DNA of 59,478 nt, the filler included, from Sphacelaria rigidula (taxonomy: Eukaryota), in NCBI GenBank assembly GCA_964200075.2. It is 10 parts of 10 records of this genome, joined end to end, with 100 filler letters (N's around TTAATTAATTAA, not from the genome) between each part and the next. Parts side by side here need not be neighbours in the genome. Positions count along the whole stretch, not along the records: positions 11,917 to 17,774 come from CAXNAA020023930.1; positions 17,875 to 23,732 come from CAXNAA020023931.1; positions 23,833 to 29,690 come from CAXNAA020023932.1; 7 more parts are not named here. One strand, written 5' to 3'. Below are positions 12,882 to 25,830 of the stretch, one piece after another. The notes under the pieces are model-generated. The model was given only the letters and a program-made list of their open reading frames with translations. It had not been told where the DNA came from and did not search any database. Numbering within the stretch: position 1 is the first letter of the stretch; each line of letters opens with the position of its first letter. The position numbers were made by a program, and so were the translations under genes.

Positions 12882-13230
12882 TCAATCGACAGCGATTGTT
12901 GTAGGTTTTTCGGGTGCCATCAGCTCTGACGGAGGTCGTGGGTGGAAGCTGCTTCCTAAATGGTGTGGAATGTAACAACCGAAACGTACAACTCTGAAGC
13001 AAAAGACTTGTATCCCGAACGGAATTTGGTTCCACGTCAGATAGTTGACGCAGTAGTGTAATAGTGGATGATCAGCAGTGAGCGAGCAATGTGACAATCC
13101 AGAATCATCCGCATCATTGCTGAAATACTCAATTACTGGGTTCATCATGTATTCCCAAGCCTCTGTCACGCCACACCGTAGGGGTTGCACGTTTGGGCTC
13201 AGGTTTTCCTCATTGAAGGGCTCCTGCGAT
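12882..13230 (-). pseudogene. Possible degenerate RT fragment of a DIRS/Ngaro-type retroelement
   Basis: DADDSGLSHCSLTADH…YLTWNQIPFG resembles the RT motif series DDxSGxxH…W..(I/L)PFG; no YxDD recognisable. Confidence 0.3.
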
Positions 13231-14079
13231 TAGGAGCTAGCTACACAAGAATACGTGAGTAAGGACATTTCCGTCTCAGAACTCGTCCGAGATATCCCTA
13301 GCCCAATGGAATGTTCATCGTAGTGGGATATCACATATTTCATACATGATGATGAGTCATGTTTTGGATGAAATGACGGGCTCTTAGGAAGTCAAGAAGC
13401 ATGAGAAATGTTTTGGTGTACTGTGCCTCAACGGCGGCACCACTCCTCATCGAACAAAAGCATAAAAAAAGCCAAGAGCACTCCTCATCCCATGAATGCC
13501 AATCCCGCTCTCCATCACCACAGTTGGTTGTCAAAAACAAAATCATACACACGTGCTCGACCATGTACAAAAACGGCCGACATGATGACTAACGGCAAAC
13601 TATCTGGGAGAAAAGAGGGGGGAGTCGGCGGAAGCACGAACTCTCTGAATGAAACCCAATTTTGTGAACCGGACACACATGCACTTGTCTGGCGTGCTGC
13701 GCATATATAGTCGATCTATTTATCACGCGATTTGCGCTCAAAATACCTTCATCAAGGAAGGGCGGGAAGACAGAAAGCAAACCGATCGAGGCATTGGGTC
13801 GTTCTGTCAAGGTTATTTTCTATTTCTTTCTATTCGCCGACTATTTTTAACGGATCAACAACAGAAGACAGCGGGAAAATGCGGTGGCTCCAGGGAGTGC
13901 GCCGTCCATAACCCCTGCCATATTCCCATCATACTGTGCCGGGTACCGGGGCCACTGGCAGCTGGCCATACCTCGTCTTGATGGCTGGAGTCACGCTCTG
14001 CACCAGCAACCTCCATCACTTACTCGAGGTCACTATGAAAGCTAGGGGTCGATATAACTGTACTTTGTCTCACTGTAAA

Positions 14080-14398
14080 CTCCTCCCCTCCCTCGGGACG
14101 AGTCCGTAAGGTAGTCTGTCTCAAGGGATCAACCCATTTCCCCCCGGTACGAACAGTACACGTCTTGCGTTGTGGTGTCGCGGATTGGATCATGACCACA
14201 CAATCCCGCACCGCGTCAACTCTTCGGTCAAGCAAACTCAGTCAGCTACTTTTTGTTTTCTCACGTACTCGCGCTTTCGGCGGTCGAAATAGGAAATTTC
14301 GAAGAAAAAATCCAACGCACCGGGAATCGAACCCACGTTGTCTGCACCCTAAAGGTGACAGTCGAACCATTTTAATTTACACCATCGGGCGCGGCGGC
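14080..14398 (-). mobile_element. tRNA-derived SINE family C
   Basis: Head TGGTGTAA…GGTTCGATTCC; body GAGTTGACGCGGTGCGG…GGTCATGATCCAATCCGCGA; tail GATGGGTTGATCCCTTGAGAC…CTCGTCCCGAGG, shared with at least 4 other copies. Confidence 0.8.
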
Positions 14399-14904
14399 AA
14401 AATGATCAGCAATACATACCGAGACACAGAAAGCAAGACCCGGCGTAGCCTCAAATGCACACGACTGGTGCAGGTCATTACGTTGATGGAGTTACACTCT
14501 CACATCTTTACTGGCGACTTCCTCCTGTCTCTCGACTCCTCATGATCCCTAGCTCTCTCTCAACTCCTCCTCATATTTATCTCATGATGGAAAAAGACAC
14601 ATGTACTTGTTGTCAAGCAGCACCCAGAGCTCCAAAACTGGTTTGTGACACCCTGAGCTGACAGCAACTGGGATGCGAGAGCCTTCTTCGGATCGGACTA
14701 TTGTATATATACTTATTTCTACTTCAATACGCACAACCCATTTCGTCCGCGATGTTAAATGGTGTACATGTAGCAGCATCTCCTCCCCTTCGTTTTTGTC
14801 GTATTCCACTTTTGAACTACCTGTCCCCCAACTAATCGTGACACATATTCTACTGCAAAATTGCGAATGTCTCATTATGCCTCCCTTCAGAGCGTATGTA
14901 TACG

Positions 14905-15087
14905 TCAATATTCGTCATCGAAATCATCGTCGAACTCATCCTCTTCCTCCGACCCCTTCCTGCCCATCCTGACTCCCCGTCGCATTTTGATGCTGTTTGC
15001 CCCCCTTGCTCGTGCCGGGTTCTCCTCCATCTCGGTCTCCACGATTCCTTGGGAGGCGAGGTACCACTCTAGGTCTGGCGCGCCCAT
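14905..15087 (-). CDS. PDCL3: Phosducin-like protein (PhLP2/PDCL3 type), last exon
   Basis: MGAPDLEWYLASQGIVETEMEENP…acidic tail then stop; matches the PhLP2 C-terminal ELEWxL…TDLEENP. Acceptor CCAG| at 15088, phase 0. Confidence 0.85.
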   Translation of the reverse strand: MGAPDLEWYLASQGIVETEMEENPARARGANSIKMRRGVRMGRKGSEEEDEFDDDFDDEY

Positions 15088-15784
15088 CTGGCGCAGAATG
15101 AATACACCGAAAGCAACAGCGACGGCGGCGGCGACGACGACGACGACGACAGCAGCAGCTGTAAAATAACGTCAGAATCAATTCACACCTCCGACGGACC
15201 GAAACGCAACAAGTTCTGCATGTTGTACATATTTCACAGTTAGGACAAATAACACCGATTCAACGGATGTTCATCATCCCAACGAATAAACCATACGATT
15301 CGTACATCATTTGTAGTTTATACAGGTTTTGAGCTCTTGTGTCGTGTAGTACACCGTCAACGGTACCTGTTGCACACCTTCAGGTCATCGGGGGTGGATC
15401 ATGGACACAAACTAATCCCCTGTAAAAAATTGCGGAATGAATCGATTGCACATGCCACCCAGACTCACCATGAGGCGTGAATGGCATGTGCATCAATGCC
15501 ATGCGTATGACTCGTGCAGGACGAAGAGTCGGCACATCATTGAATCCTGTCATTACATGGGCCTTGCATCAGTGGTACTCTTCTCCCAATCTGTATGCGG
15601 TTGAGATGACTGTACTGCATCTGTTATTCGCCGTCGGGTGCATGCGGGACAAACAGTTGAATACAGGTTAACTCCTGTCATTTCACGAGGAGTCAACTCG
15701 TATAAATCGTGATTTGTCCTAACCGTGAAACATTTGCTCTATACCACGCCATGCTCTTCTTCATAATCGAAAATTTACTACTCC

Positions 15785-15929
15785 TGCTGTGTTGCTGCTG
15801 CTGCAGCTGCAGCTGCAGCAGCAAAACGCCGGGATCAGCTCACATCTCCAACAGAGCAGAACGCGTTTTGAGTGCTCTAGATAATTTTTGCGTCCTCTAG
15901 ATAATTGCTCCATAACACGCCATGCTTCA

Positions 15930-15971
<42 letters not shown>

Positions 15972-15982
15972 ACTACTACTAC
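15785..15982. repeat. CTG/CAG and CTA trinucleotide microsatellites
   Basis: (CTG)n and (CTA)n runs visible. Confidence 0.85.
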
Positions 15983-16194
15983 ATTTGAGCCCGCGCGCGT
16001 GAAAACCTCGGGAACACGTTTGGCCTGAAAATTGCACCCCTACCGGAGCATCACTCTTCCCGGTGCAAAGACGAAGAACGCGAACCATCTTAGGGGGGCA
16101 TGCAGTAGACGCGCATTTCCGCATGGATGGAGGGGACTTGATCAATGAGAGACTTTGGTGCACACCAGAAAAACAAGAAGTGAACCATTACACT

Positions 16195-16715
16195 TGACTG
16201 ATTCAGTGATGATTGAGTGAATAAGTGAGATAGTGAGTGAGTGAATGAGTGATTGATTGGTTGGCCGATCTGGTTGATGGATGCTGATTGGTTGGTCGGT
16301 TGGTCGGGTTTTGTTCAGTGACTGATTAATGCTGACTTGTTAGTTGACCGGTTGACTGATTGGCTCATTGGTCGATCGCTCGAGTTGGTTGGTTGGTTGG
16401 TCCGATTGGTTGATCGATTGATTAATTTGGTTAGTTGACTGGTTGGTTGACGAATCGATTGCATGCGTGCTTGAACACTTGGTTGGTTGGTAGGCTTTTA
16501 CTTATTATGCTAGCACGGTTTTTGAAGAATTAGTTAATCTTGAAAATAATGTTGGGTCGCTATTTTGTAAAACCGTGCTAGCATAATAAGTAAAAAGCCT
16601 ATTGATTGGTTGGTCGGTTGATTTGTTAGTTGACTGATTGACTGGTCGATTGCATGCTTGCTTGATTACTTGGTTGGTTGGTTGGTTGGTTGACTCACTG
16701 ACTCGTTGATCTGAA
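16195..16715. repeat. Degenerate tetranucleotide (GGTT/GATT/GAGT) low-complexity repeat
   Basis: Directly visible. Confidence 0.85.
16493..16599. mobile_element. 107-bp MITE with ~30-bp TIRs and TA flanks
   Basis: TA|GGCTTTTACTTATTATGCTAGCACGGTTTT … AAAACCGTGCTAGCATAATAAGTAAAAAGCC|TA. Confidence 0.85.
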
Positions 16716-16851
16716 TGTCTGGTCATATATATATATATATATATTGATGACCAGAAGCCACGTAGCTTTTGCAAATATCAGATATTACTGCCTGAATCGA
16801 GCATACACTTTTCCTCATATGTTGCATTTTGGCGTTTTCCGATATTGGCGC

Positions 16852-17238
16852 AGCGCGCCGGTAGTCCAACTGGTACATACAACACTAACCCCGCCAATTG
16901 GATCGAAAGAAAAACACGGGTTTGAATCCCGTCGGATGCAGTTGTTTCTTTCTCTTCATTTTCTTCGTGTACGAGAGACCAGTATCTGATCTCCGCTATT
17001 GAAACCGTGAAAACGTGAGAGCAAAGATAAAATTCGTGACTTGTCTTGACTGACAAGAGTTGACGCGGTGCGGCAGTGTTGGTCATGATCCAATCCGCGA
17101 TACCAAATTACACAGGGAAAATGTGTGTGTCTGTGTGTGTACAGCAGAAGAGAGATAGATGGGTTCATCGTTCCTCGAGACCACGGACTGGTCCCGAGGG
17201 GGAGGATGGGGTCGAACACAAGTGTGGCGGCCGAAAAA
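16852..17238 (+). mobile_element. SINE family C copy (additional 3' fragment at 17380-17461)
   Basis: Same head/body/tail blocks as 14080-14398. Confidence 0.75.
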
Positions 17239-17562
17239 ATAACTATACTACGCACCCACCACTGCACGATTCATGCTTCAAACTGAGCAGATCACGTACA
17301 TGATATGCCATGAGCGGCTGTGCGTCCCACGTTGCAATCTACTAGTATATACGAAGTATATGTATATTGCATTGGATAATACCGGGGAGAGATGGGTTGA
17401 TCTCCTGGGACCACGGACTCGTGTAGAGGAATGGGAGGGGTTCAAAGTGCGACTCAAAAAACATGGCACCGTATAATTGTATGGCGCAAACATTCCGACG
17501 AATATCTCGCATATGTACACTCCCACACGTAGCAAACGTACGCCACGTGTAAGTATTCGCAC

Positions 17563-17623
17563 CTTTTTGCCGCCTAACGCGTCGATTCGAATAAGCTGCT
17601 TAGCCAGCTCCCCCTCGCGGTAG
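17563..17623 (-). CDS. PDCL3: Phosducin-like protein (PhLP2/PDCL3 type), penultimate exon
   Basis: CAACAG|C TAC…AAG|GTGCGA; encodes YREGELAKQLIRIDALGGKK (cf. YxxGxxxxQxxGxxxxGG); joins in frame to 15087 across a 2475-nt intron. Confidence 0.8.
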
Positions 17624-17774
17624 CTGTTGGCGTAATGAGAAAGCAAACACGAAAAAAACGTCCGGAAACGCCAACAAAAGGAGCAGAAAAAAATGGGACG
17701 GGTGGGGGTACTCATGATCATGCATGCCAGTCATAAGACCATTGACCTCGCATCCCTACAAAGCCGGGACGGAG

Positions 17775-17874
17775 NNNNNNNNNNNNNNNNNNNNNNNNNN
17801 NNNNNNNNNNNNNNNNNNTTAATTAATTAANNNNNNNNNNNNNNNNNNNNNNNNNNNNNNNNNNNNNNNNNNNN
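17775..17874. other. Artificial contig linker
   Basis: Same structure. Confidence 0.98.
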
Positions 17875-18959
17875 CCCAAAACCGAGGAGTTTTGATGTGT
17901 CAGTTGTTCTTGTGGCGATCGGGGAGCAATTTTGCCGGCTGGAAAATGACTTTTGAGTCGCGGCGATCACTGGATAATGAATTTTGAGTTTCCCTGGCTT
18001 TTACAAGACCGGTTGTTACCGACCTGGCACTATCGCAGTGATACGGCCGCCATGCTAAGAAGGGTGGTGCACGACGAACAGTTCTGTACTGCTACTGCAT
18101 GACCGAAATGGACATGCAGTAAGTTGACTGCGCGGTGTGACCCTACCAGGTTTGCTAGTACTGCAGCGTCTAAATGCTGTTGAGGGACTCCCCAGCTCTT
18201 CTGACCTCAANNNNNNNNNNGATGCCCTTGTCCCCTAGTCATCATCCAGGATCCACTATATACTCAATCGTGACGGCGTGATTTCGCCACAGCGGTGATA
18301 CTAGCCGACACAAAAATGTTTTGATATTATAGACGTGCACAATGTATGAGGTGCAGATAATCACGTACTTTGCCCGCGTTTGGGCAGACAACCGTGTTCA
18401 TACAACGCGTATATCTACATATCGCAATTGATACTGCACTGCGACACAAGAGAGGGAGAGATTGCAAAGGAGAATGTTATGGACGTGGTGTTGCGAAAAA
18501 GAATGTCCAACATCGACGTAGCGGCAGCCATGAAATGTAATTAACGTGATAATTGATATTGTCATGCCCGCAAGGGCAGATTCATGCAAACTCCCGGGTG
18601 CCAGGCGTGCGCGCCCACTTCACGTTCACCCCTTGCAAGACTTCTAGAATCTGCGGCACATTTCCAGCACCGGTACCCTAAGCGCTTTTATCTTCACTCC
18701 CTGCTTCTGCGGGCATGTTCTTCTCTGCTTGTTTTGACTTACCTTTACCACCTACCGTTTTGGTACACCCGGCGCAGGCCGAAGTTATCGGCAAACACGT
18801 GCGGTGCAGTACAGCAACTACTATCGCCATCATCCAGCGATCAGGGGGGGGGTACCCCTCCCATGAAATCGGGTACCCCCCCCCCTTCCTTCAACCCCAA
18901 AATGAGGTTTGTGCAGCGAAAGATGGGGTTGTGCATGGATTTCCCGATATGGGGCCCCT

Positions 18960-20262
18960 CGATTAGAGTCAGTCTTAGGCCGTTTCTTCCGGTTGGTTAT
19001 TTCCTCTCGTTATTTGCAAATAACGAGTGAAAATAACCAGATGGCTACTTACAGCTGGTTATTTCACAAGATTCTCGGGAAAAAAAATACGAGACGGGGA
19101 ACATTTTACGAGATGGGCCATCCTGGCTTGTATTTTGTGAAAAAATACGAGACGAGATTTCTCGTCTTGTATTTTTCGTTCGAGGCGCGGCGAGACTAGC
19201 AACGCTCGCCAGCCCTGAGTATGTTTGTGCCCTTCGACATCTACGGGGCTCTCCTGACAGCAATGTCGAACATCCACAGCGCCGTTTATATACTAGACCA
19301 AATTTTGCTTCGCCATCCCGGCGCACGCGAGGTGTTGTCAGGGGCTGATGATCTATCGGCATCGATCGTCCTCTCGAAAAGCTGCAGCACTGACAGTAAC
19401 CAGCACAGAGATAACAGGGTACTACTCTGTGCTGTCTCATGCAGTGAGTTGTAGGTGTCAGTTCGCACACAGCAGTACTATGCACGGCTCTAGTAAAAAT
19501 GATCCGTACAACATGAGATATGCGGAGAACGTGCAATACAGACAACCCCAGGCAGTACTGTACTGTCTGCACTGCTGCATTGAACAGTAGGATCTACATG
19601 CCATGCTGCACCCAACGACTGCCGAAAATGATTTGGACGACGTGCAGTACAGTAGGATGGAAATGTTGGTTTGGCAATACAGTACAGAGTAGTACAACGG
19701 CTGCACTAAATATGATGTGGGCAACGTGCAGTGCACATAACTAAGCAGTACAATACTGCCCGCCCTGCCTGACGCATACGGCAGTATACATGCACACATT
19801 TCAGGTTGGAGACGTAATATACAACGGCTGCAATAAAATTGATGTGGAGAAGTGCACTAGACAGTACAGTACTTCAGTCTGTACTGCCGCATACGGAATA
19901 TGGCAGTATAGATGGAAGATGTCAGTTTGCGCACAATGCGGGCTGGGCCAGCAGCGATTGGGGGGAGGTCTGTGTTTCACGTCTTCTTACACAACACGGG
20001 GAGCTTGGTATGGCGAAGTCTTCAGGTCTTTGTACCTCGCCTTGACCTGCACGTCCCTTTGAATTCCCCCGACCGTCCTTGTGGTACCCCCCCGCTCTTT
20101 TGTTACCCCCCCCCCCCTCAAAAATATGTCTGGAACCGTAAGGCAGGGTCAGCATCTCTCATCGTATTTCCCTCGTGGTATTTTTTCCTCGTGATCTTTT
20201 GCAAAAAACAAGGGGAAATAACCAACCAGAAGGAACGGGCTTAGGCCAAGTCTTATGGGAGC
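18960..20262. repeat. Inverted repeat arms (18960-19120 and 20150-20262) enclosing degenerate tandem repeats
   Basis: CTTAGGCCGTTTCTTCCGGTTGGTTATTTCC…TTTGCAAA versus TTTGCAAA…GGAAATAACCAACCAGAAGGAACGGGCTTAG. Confidence 0.55.
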
Positions 20263-23200
20263 ATTTGAAATTTTATTTTGCAACAATTTCAGAGGAGTTT
20301 TTCCTTTTCCTTGTCATCATGGTGAACGGGCACAAAATACGCATCTACGGCGAAAAAAAAACGTCGTATAAAATTATTGCAAAATAAAATTCCAAACAAT
20401 CCATAAGAGTTGGCGTCAGCATATCCTTTTGCGATTGAAAATATGCGGTGGAAAAGTAAAACGCCCATGTGATAGATTGGGATTTCAACTATCGTCCTTG
20501 ATTTTGACGATAGTTGAAATCACGACCTATCTGATCAGAATTTTTGTTCTTCACCGCACCTCTTCGATCGAAAAATAGTGTGCCAAGGAACGCCCTGAAT
20601 CCTAAAGTTTGGTCGAAGGAGGGGGAAGGAGGGGGAAGGAGGGGAAGGAGGGGGAATTCTGCATTTGATATCCTACAGAAATCAAGCCCCCGTTGTCCCC
20701 AATTCCATGGAAGAATGAACGCATATTTTCCCCTGAAGATCTTGATTGCTGATGAGCCATGTGTGGACCCCCGGTGTAGGGTGTAGGGGAATGATACCAG
20801 TTCTCTGGGCACGCCTTCGCGATAGACCTGCAACCTTTTCATCGATCGCCGGCCGCTGGTTTGGTTTACTCTCTGCCCATGTGATTGGTTGATAGCACTA
20901 TTATACCAACAGCCGAGAAAGTTAGGAAGAGAAATTGCTTGTTTCAAGCAATCAAATTGCATAGCTCATGCATTGAGATTCATGTATTGTACCCGGCTTG
21001 TAAGCGGTACCGTCTCCACAATACTTGCACGGTACATAAACTTGATTCACCAAGGCATAGTCCTCATCCTCTAGATCCATCTTGAAGTGCTTTCACAGGG
21101 CGCAAAACGGCCCTTCGATCACTCTGAGGTGTGTATGATGCAGCGAACCTCGGCCACAGCAGCGGCGTGGCCAATATGTACGCCAACGAACATGTCCTGG
21201 GGCGGGACTGTAGGGTACGCAGTGCTGAACATAAATCGGAACGGTTTAGTTTGGGCGAATTGTGGAGCCTTCGCGGCACAAGCGTGCGTCTTGCGCCGAC
21301 TGCTGGCTGTCTGCTAAAATAAACATGAGCACCTAATGATGCACTCTCCACATGGGTGAGGGAGGATAAAACTTAGATATCTCGAATCGCCCTGTTCGTG
21401 ACCCCTACCGCACGATATACCCAGTTGTACAAGGTAGGTATAGTGGGCGTCCCGTGAAACCTGAAGCACAACTACACAGCAGCCCCACAAAGCATGTTCG
21501 TGACAAAGTCAAGCGAGGGTGGAGACCCGCATCTTGTATTCAAAATTCACACCGGTCGGTTTTGCATATCGGTGCCTGTTTTTCGTACGTGGCACCCATG
21601 GGAGGGAGAGGCACGCAACAGTAATGCCTGACAACAAAGCTGCGACACTGGACTAGTTTGCTATACTATCCCTTCTCAATGGTCACGTGGAGCACTGCTA
21701 TGCGGGGCAGTTGGCTCTGCAGATAGGTCAGTGGGGCCTCCTTTGAGAATTTGTCATGAGGTTTTGCATCTTGCTGCCTGCTTCTCGTACGTCGCACGCA
21801 TGTCCAGAAGCACAGCTCTAGTGCTGGAATATTACAGTGCGGTACACTATACTGCTCGATTGGTTGCGTGGAGCACTACCGCGCGACGCATTCGGCTTTG
21901 CATATCGGTCAAGTGCACGCTCATTTGAGAATTTGTCAACCTCGACGCCTGTAATTCAGAGCCGGGGCCCGAAGGAGGACGGGTTTGTGGTACGCCGCGA
22001 AAATCCAAACCTCCACAACCCCGTGTCATCGGTGCTACCGAAGCAGTGAGCTGATGATGTATGCATGTACTGTCTACCGTACAGCATACACAGCGAATGC
22101 TTGAGACGCTGCGGATCCGTACCCTACCGCGGACAGTTGTCCATCATGATGAGCTTCTTGGAGGGAGCTACGAAAATAGTACACTCAGTACAGATGAACA
22201 GCAGTAGCCCGTAAGTATGTGCTGGAACTAGCTGGAACATCAACCTACTGCCCGTGCCACTGCAACTTGGAACATACCACCCATGCACAACCCGCGCGCC
22301 CAGACGCCAAGTATACTGTATTCAGAGAAAAACGTCAAGAAACAAAATACGAAAGACAAAATCAAAATTGCACCCAGCTGCAGCAGCAGCAGTTGGTGCA
22401 TGTTGGGTGGAGCAAGGTGTATCATAACCTACCCTGGTACGAAGGTGAAGTTGAGCAAAATGCTGTGCATCGCCACGTAATCTTTGCCGCCCTCCGTTCC
22501 ATGCAGGAACTCTTGGAATTGTGCTGAAGATGAAGATGAACTTGCCAGTCGCTCACCGCTCCACTCCATGCTCTCCATTCTTTCTAATCCCCGACTCCAC
22601 TCTCGTTGTGTGTTTTTGACAGGAGCGACGGCCGTTTTAAAAAGTCACAAGGGGCGGAAAACCTTGAGCTGTTCTGATTTGGGTTGCTTCTCAAAAAGTG
22701 AAGGTAAAGCGCAGTGTGCATCGGAGGATACCCTTATGTGCCTACGAGGAAGGCAGAAGCAGTGGAGCGGCGACTGCGCGGTCACGCGCCCTCTCGACAC
22801 TACGTTGGATGTGCGAGTGCCACCAGCAGAGAGTGTAAAAATCAAAAAGCTATTTGAAAAATGAAAAATACTGTACCGAAATACACCAGGAATTATTCGA
22901 TGTTGCTTCACATAGGATAAGGTCACCTTGTTTACCACCCTAAAAGAAAACGGGATACGGCGGAGTCAAAAGCCTCGATAGAGCACATCATTCTCAGTGT
23001 ACGAATATTTTTGTATAAATAACCTATGGGCATGCTTCCTCAAAGAAACTTGACTCAATTGCACCCACTGCAGCGCAAAAAATAGGCGATGGATATCTCT
23101 TTGGAAGCACCAATGCCAGATATCGGTGTTTGTACCACCTTGAAAGTCATTATCCATTACTCCCGTCCGAGACACGATCGCCCTCGGATCGTCTGTCGCA

Positions 23201-23468
23201 CGCGCACTGCGCAGATACAGGGATACAGAATAGTTATAGCTGTACGAAGCACAGCGTAATGTCGCTGCACTTGCGAGATGCACTTGTCAGCAGCCATCGT
23301 TTGAGGTCAAAGTTGTACTTAAAACCTCCATATGTATTTTGTTTTTTTTCTGACTATTCTTTCAATTTTTTAGCTCTGATGAAAAAATTATGCATGGGTA
23401 TATCACAGCAACATTATTGAACAACATTGCGCGTGTCTAGTTGTCTCGACTGCATTTCCAGGGAAATA

Positions 23469-23567
23469 TATTATTTGTATAATTCTAGTGTTCAAATGAA
23501 TTTACAAGAATTAGGAACAATTTCGCATTGTTATAATATACCGATTAAAAGTATTGTTATTAATAAT
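23469..23567 (+). pseudogene. ilvB: Plastid-like ilvB (acetolactate synthase large subunit) fragment, probable NUPT
   Basis: Very AT-rich island encoding (IIC…)SSVQMNLQELGTISHCYNIPIKSIVINN, i.e. the ThDP-binding motif GDxSFQMNLQELxT…YNLPIK..IINN, with indels. Confidence 0.75.
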
Positions 23568-23578
23568 CTCAAGAAATG

Positions 23579-23732
23579 TCGCCCCGGTGGCTCAGTTGGT
23601 AACCTCGAAACCGCCTGATGATTGAGTTATGGGGTTCGATTCCCGGGGCGATCTGGGATTTTTCCTTATACCATGCTCAACCGTGGAGAGCGACTATGTC
23701 GTGGGTACACTAATTTCGACTTAACGGTCGAC
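23579..23732 (+). mobile_element. tRNA-derived SINE family D, cut by contig end
   Basis: CGCCCCGGTGGCTCAGTTGG (A box)…GGTTCGATTCC (B box); body shared with 28611 and 46823. Confidence 0.8.
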
Positions 23733-23832
23733 NNNNNNNNNNNNNNNNNNNNNNNNNNNNNNNNNNNNNNNNNNNNTTAATTAATTAANNNNNNNNNNNN
23801 NNNNNNNNNNNNNNNNNNNNNNNNNNNNNNNN
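23733..23832. other. Artificial contig linker
   Basis: Same structure. Confidence 0.98.
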
Positions 23833-24016
23833 GTCAGCCGCTACGAACAAATTACGCTTAGGACAAATCATCACGACTCAAAATCAAGTAATTTTCAGAC
23901 GAATCATTATTTGTCCGACCCTTGGAACAAATAGCGAATAGGTTGATAGTTACAAACAAAGTTTGCCGCCGCACCCCGGTGGGCTGAATTAATGAGATAC
24001 AACTGACATCGTTAGT

Positions 24017-24320
24017 TACGGTGGAAAAACAGCGGGCTCGGTTCCCGCCAGATGCGTCTGGTTTTTCCTCCTCACAATAAGTATCTGATTCTCACCGTTG
24101 AAAAGAATAAGGACGTGAGTGGCTACACGAATTCGTCTGAGTTTGCTTGACGAGAGACGACGCGGTGCAGGAGTATCGGTCATGGTCCAAAAATCCGCGA
24201 GATACCGAAATGCAAGGCGTGTACCGGGTGGGGGGGGTAGGTTGATGATCCGTTGACACCACGGATTTGTCCCGAGGGGCAAAGGGGACTGAAAGTGTGA
24301 CGGAAAATAAAAACAACAAA
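24017..24320 (+). mobile_element. SINE family C copy
   Basis: Same body and tail blocks. Confidence 0.7.
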
Positions 24321-25561
24321 AAAAACGGGATAATGACAACATATTTTATTGGAAAAAGTTGTACTGCGCACAGTATGAAATATTTTGTCTATTGAAATAG
24401 ATGAAACAGTCGATACTCTACGGTACGCACTTTTTGACAATGGAACCTTTTGTCCATGACGTGAAGAAAAACGAACGCAGTTTTTTTTGTCTCACACAAT
24501 TTCTTGTCACCACCTGCGCTTGTCTTCTCCTCTGAAGCTCTTCTTTACCTCTTGAGCCCATTCTCACCCCATCATTTACTTCTTATTTCCAAAAACCTAT
24601 GCAGAAAACAAAATCTAGCCCACTTCCCCTATATTATACTATTCTACCGCATTATTCGAGAACACTCAGACAGTGCAGATTATCCCGGCTTGTACTAAGA
24701 AAAATGCAGACACCCTTGCTTGATCTCTCATAACCAACTTTATAGTTCTCCAAAAGCAGTGTCGAAGTGTACACTAGGTGGGGCCTGAACAATGCTCAAA
24801 GGTGGATTGTGAATCATAACGAGGGGTTATTCCCTCGGAGGTAGAGACTAGGGATCTACGGGTATACGAATCCATCAGAAAGTCTGGAAATTCATGAAAC
24901 CGTGACAAACCCTGGAAGGAAAAAAAAGGCGGATCCGCCTCTGAGCCTCTAGACTAAACAGCACAAAGGATGGAGTATGGCCAGCTGAAGGAACGATAGT
25001 TCACGACGATGTTCATACCCGCGGTACAAAAGAAGGAAGTAGGTACCAAAGTGGCGCAAAGAGTACGCAGGGTTCATATCATCGCCTGTTTCGTGAGGCA
25101 TGAGGAGTTTGCTCAAGTCTTAGCATGACTTTTGTGCGACGAAACCCGGGGTTCATGCTATACATATAACTCCCACATTACTGAACCCGAACACAAATGT
25201 GGAACAGTCTGCACATCCAATATTCTCGGCAAAGGAGTACCGTACTACAAAAAGGAATAGCGTCGTATGTAGCCTCTTCTCCCACCCCCCGCTCCTTCGA
25301 GTAGGTTTTGTCATCATTCAGCCCATACCCACGGGTTGAACTTCGGTTCCTCAGTTTTTTTTTCTTCCCCCTCTCTCTTTTTCCCGTCACACTCAAAGCC
25401 CTCTCTCCCTTCCTCGGGAGCAATGCGCAGTCTCACGGGAGTAAACCATCTCTCCTCCGGTATGTACATGACTGACGCTTCGGTATCGTGAATTTCATTA
25501 GTACTCCCGCACGACGTCGAATCTCATTAAAAAAAACAAAGGTGTCACTGACGTCCCAACG

Positions 25562-25830
25562 TTTCAAGGTTCGGACGAATGAATGATTCGTCTGTAAATT
25601 ACTTGATTTTAGTGTGATTGATTCGTACCGTACGAATCAATCCATAGTCTTTGTTTTCAGTGTTGCAACCCAGGTACGCACAGTCCAGGCACGTGTAATG
25701 GCGCGAAAATTGCGTGGAGATCTTTTTTGACCTGCGGTCAACTTTCTTTCCTCTTTCGAGCAACCAGACCTGAAAAACCGTCAAATCGGTGATTCGAAAC
25801 GGCGATTATTCGTCCGAACCGTGCAACGTT
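25562..25830. repeat. 5' part of MITE family A
   Basis: TCGGACG…ATGATTCGTCTGTAAATTACTTG…CCCAGGT.C.C..AGTCCAGGCACG; also at 36935, 45603 and inverted at ~23880-23925. Confidence 0.75.

Noticed and set aside
19450..19940. CRISPR-like array
   Set aside because: Repeats are highly degenerate, spacing is irregular, there are no cas genes, and the context is eukaryotic
21064..23283. Several 60-126 aa ORFs in contig 4
   Set aside because: No recognisable family, internal stops, no convincing exon chain
23579..23650. tRNA genes at the SINE heads (also 46823, 53622, 30043, 14398)
   Set aside because: A/B boxes are present, but I see no proper cloverleaf, and most continue into a shared SINE body
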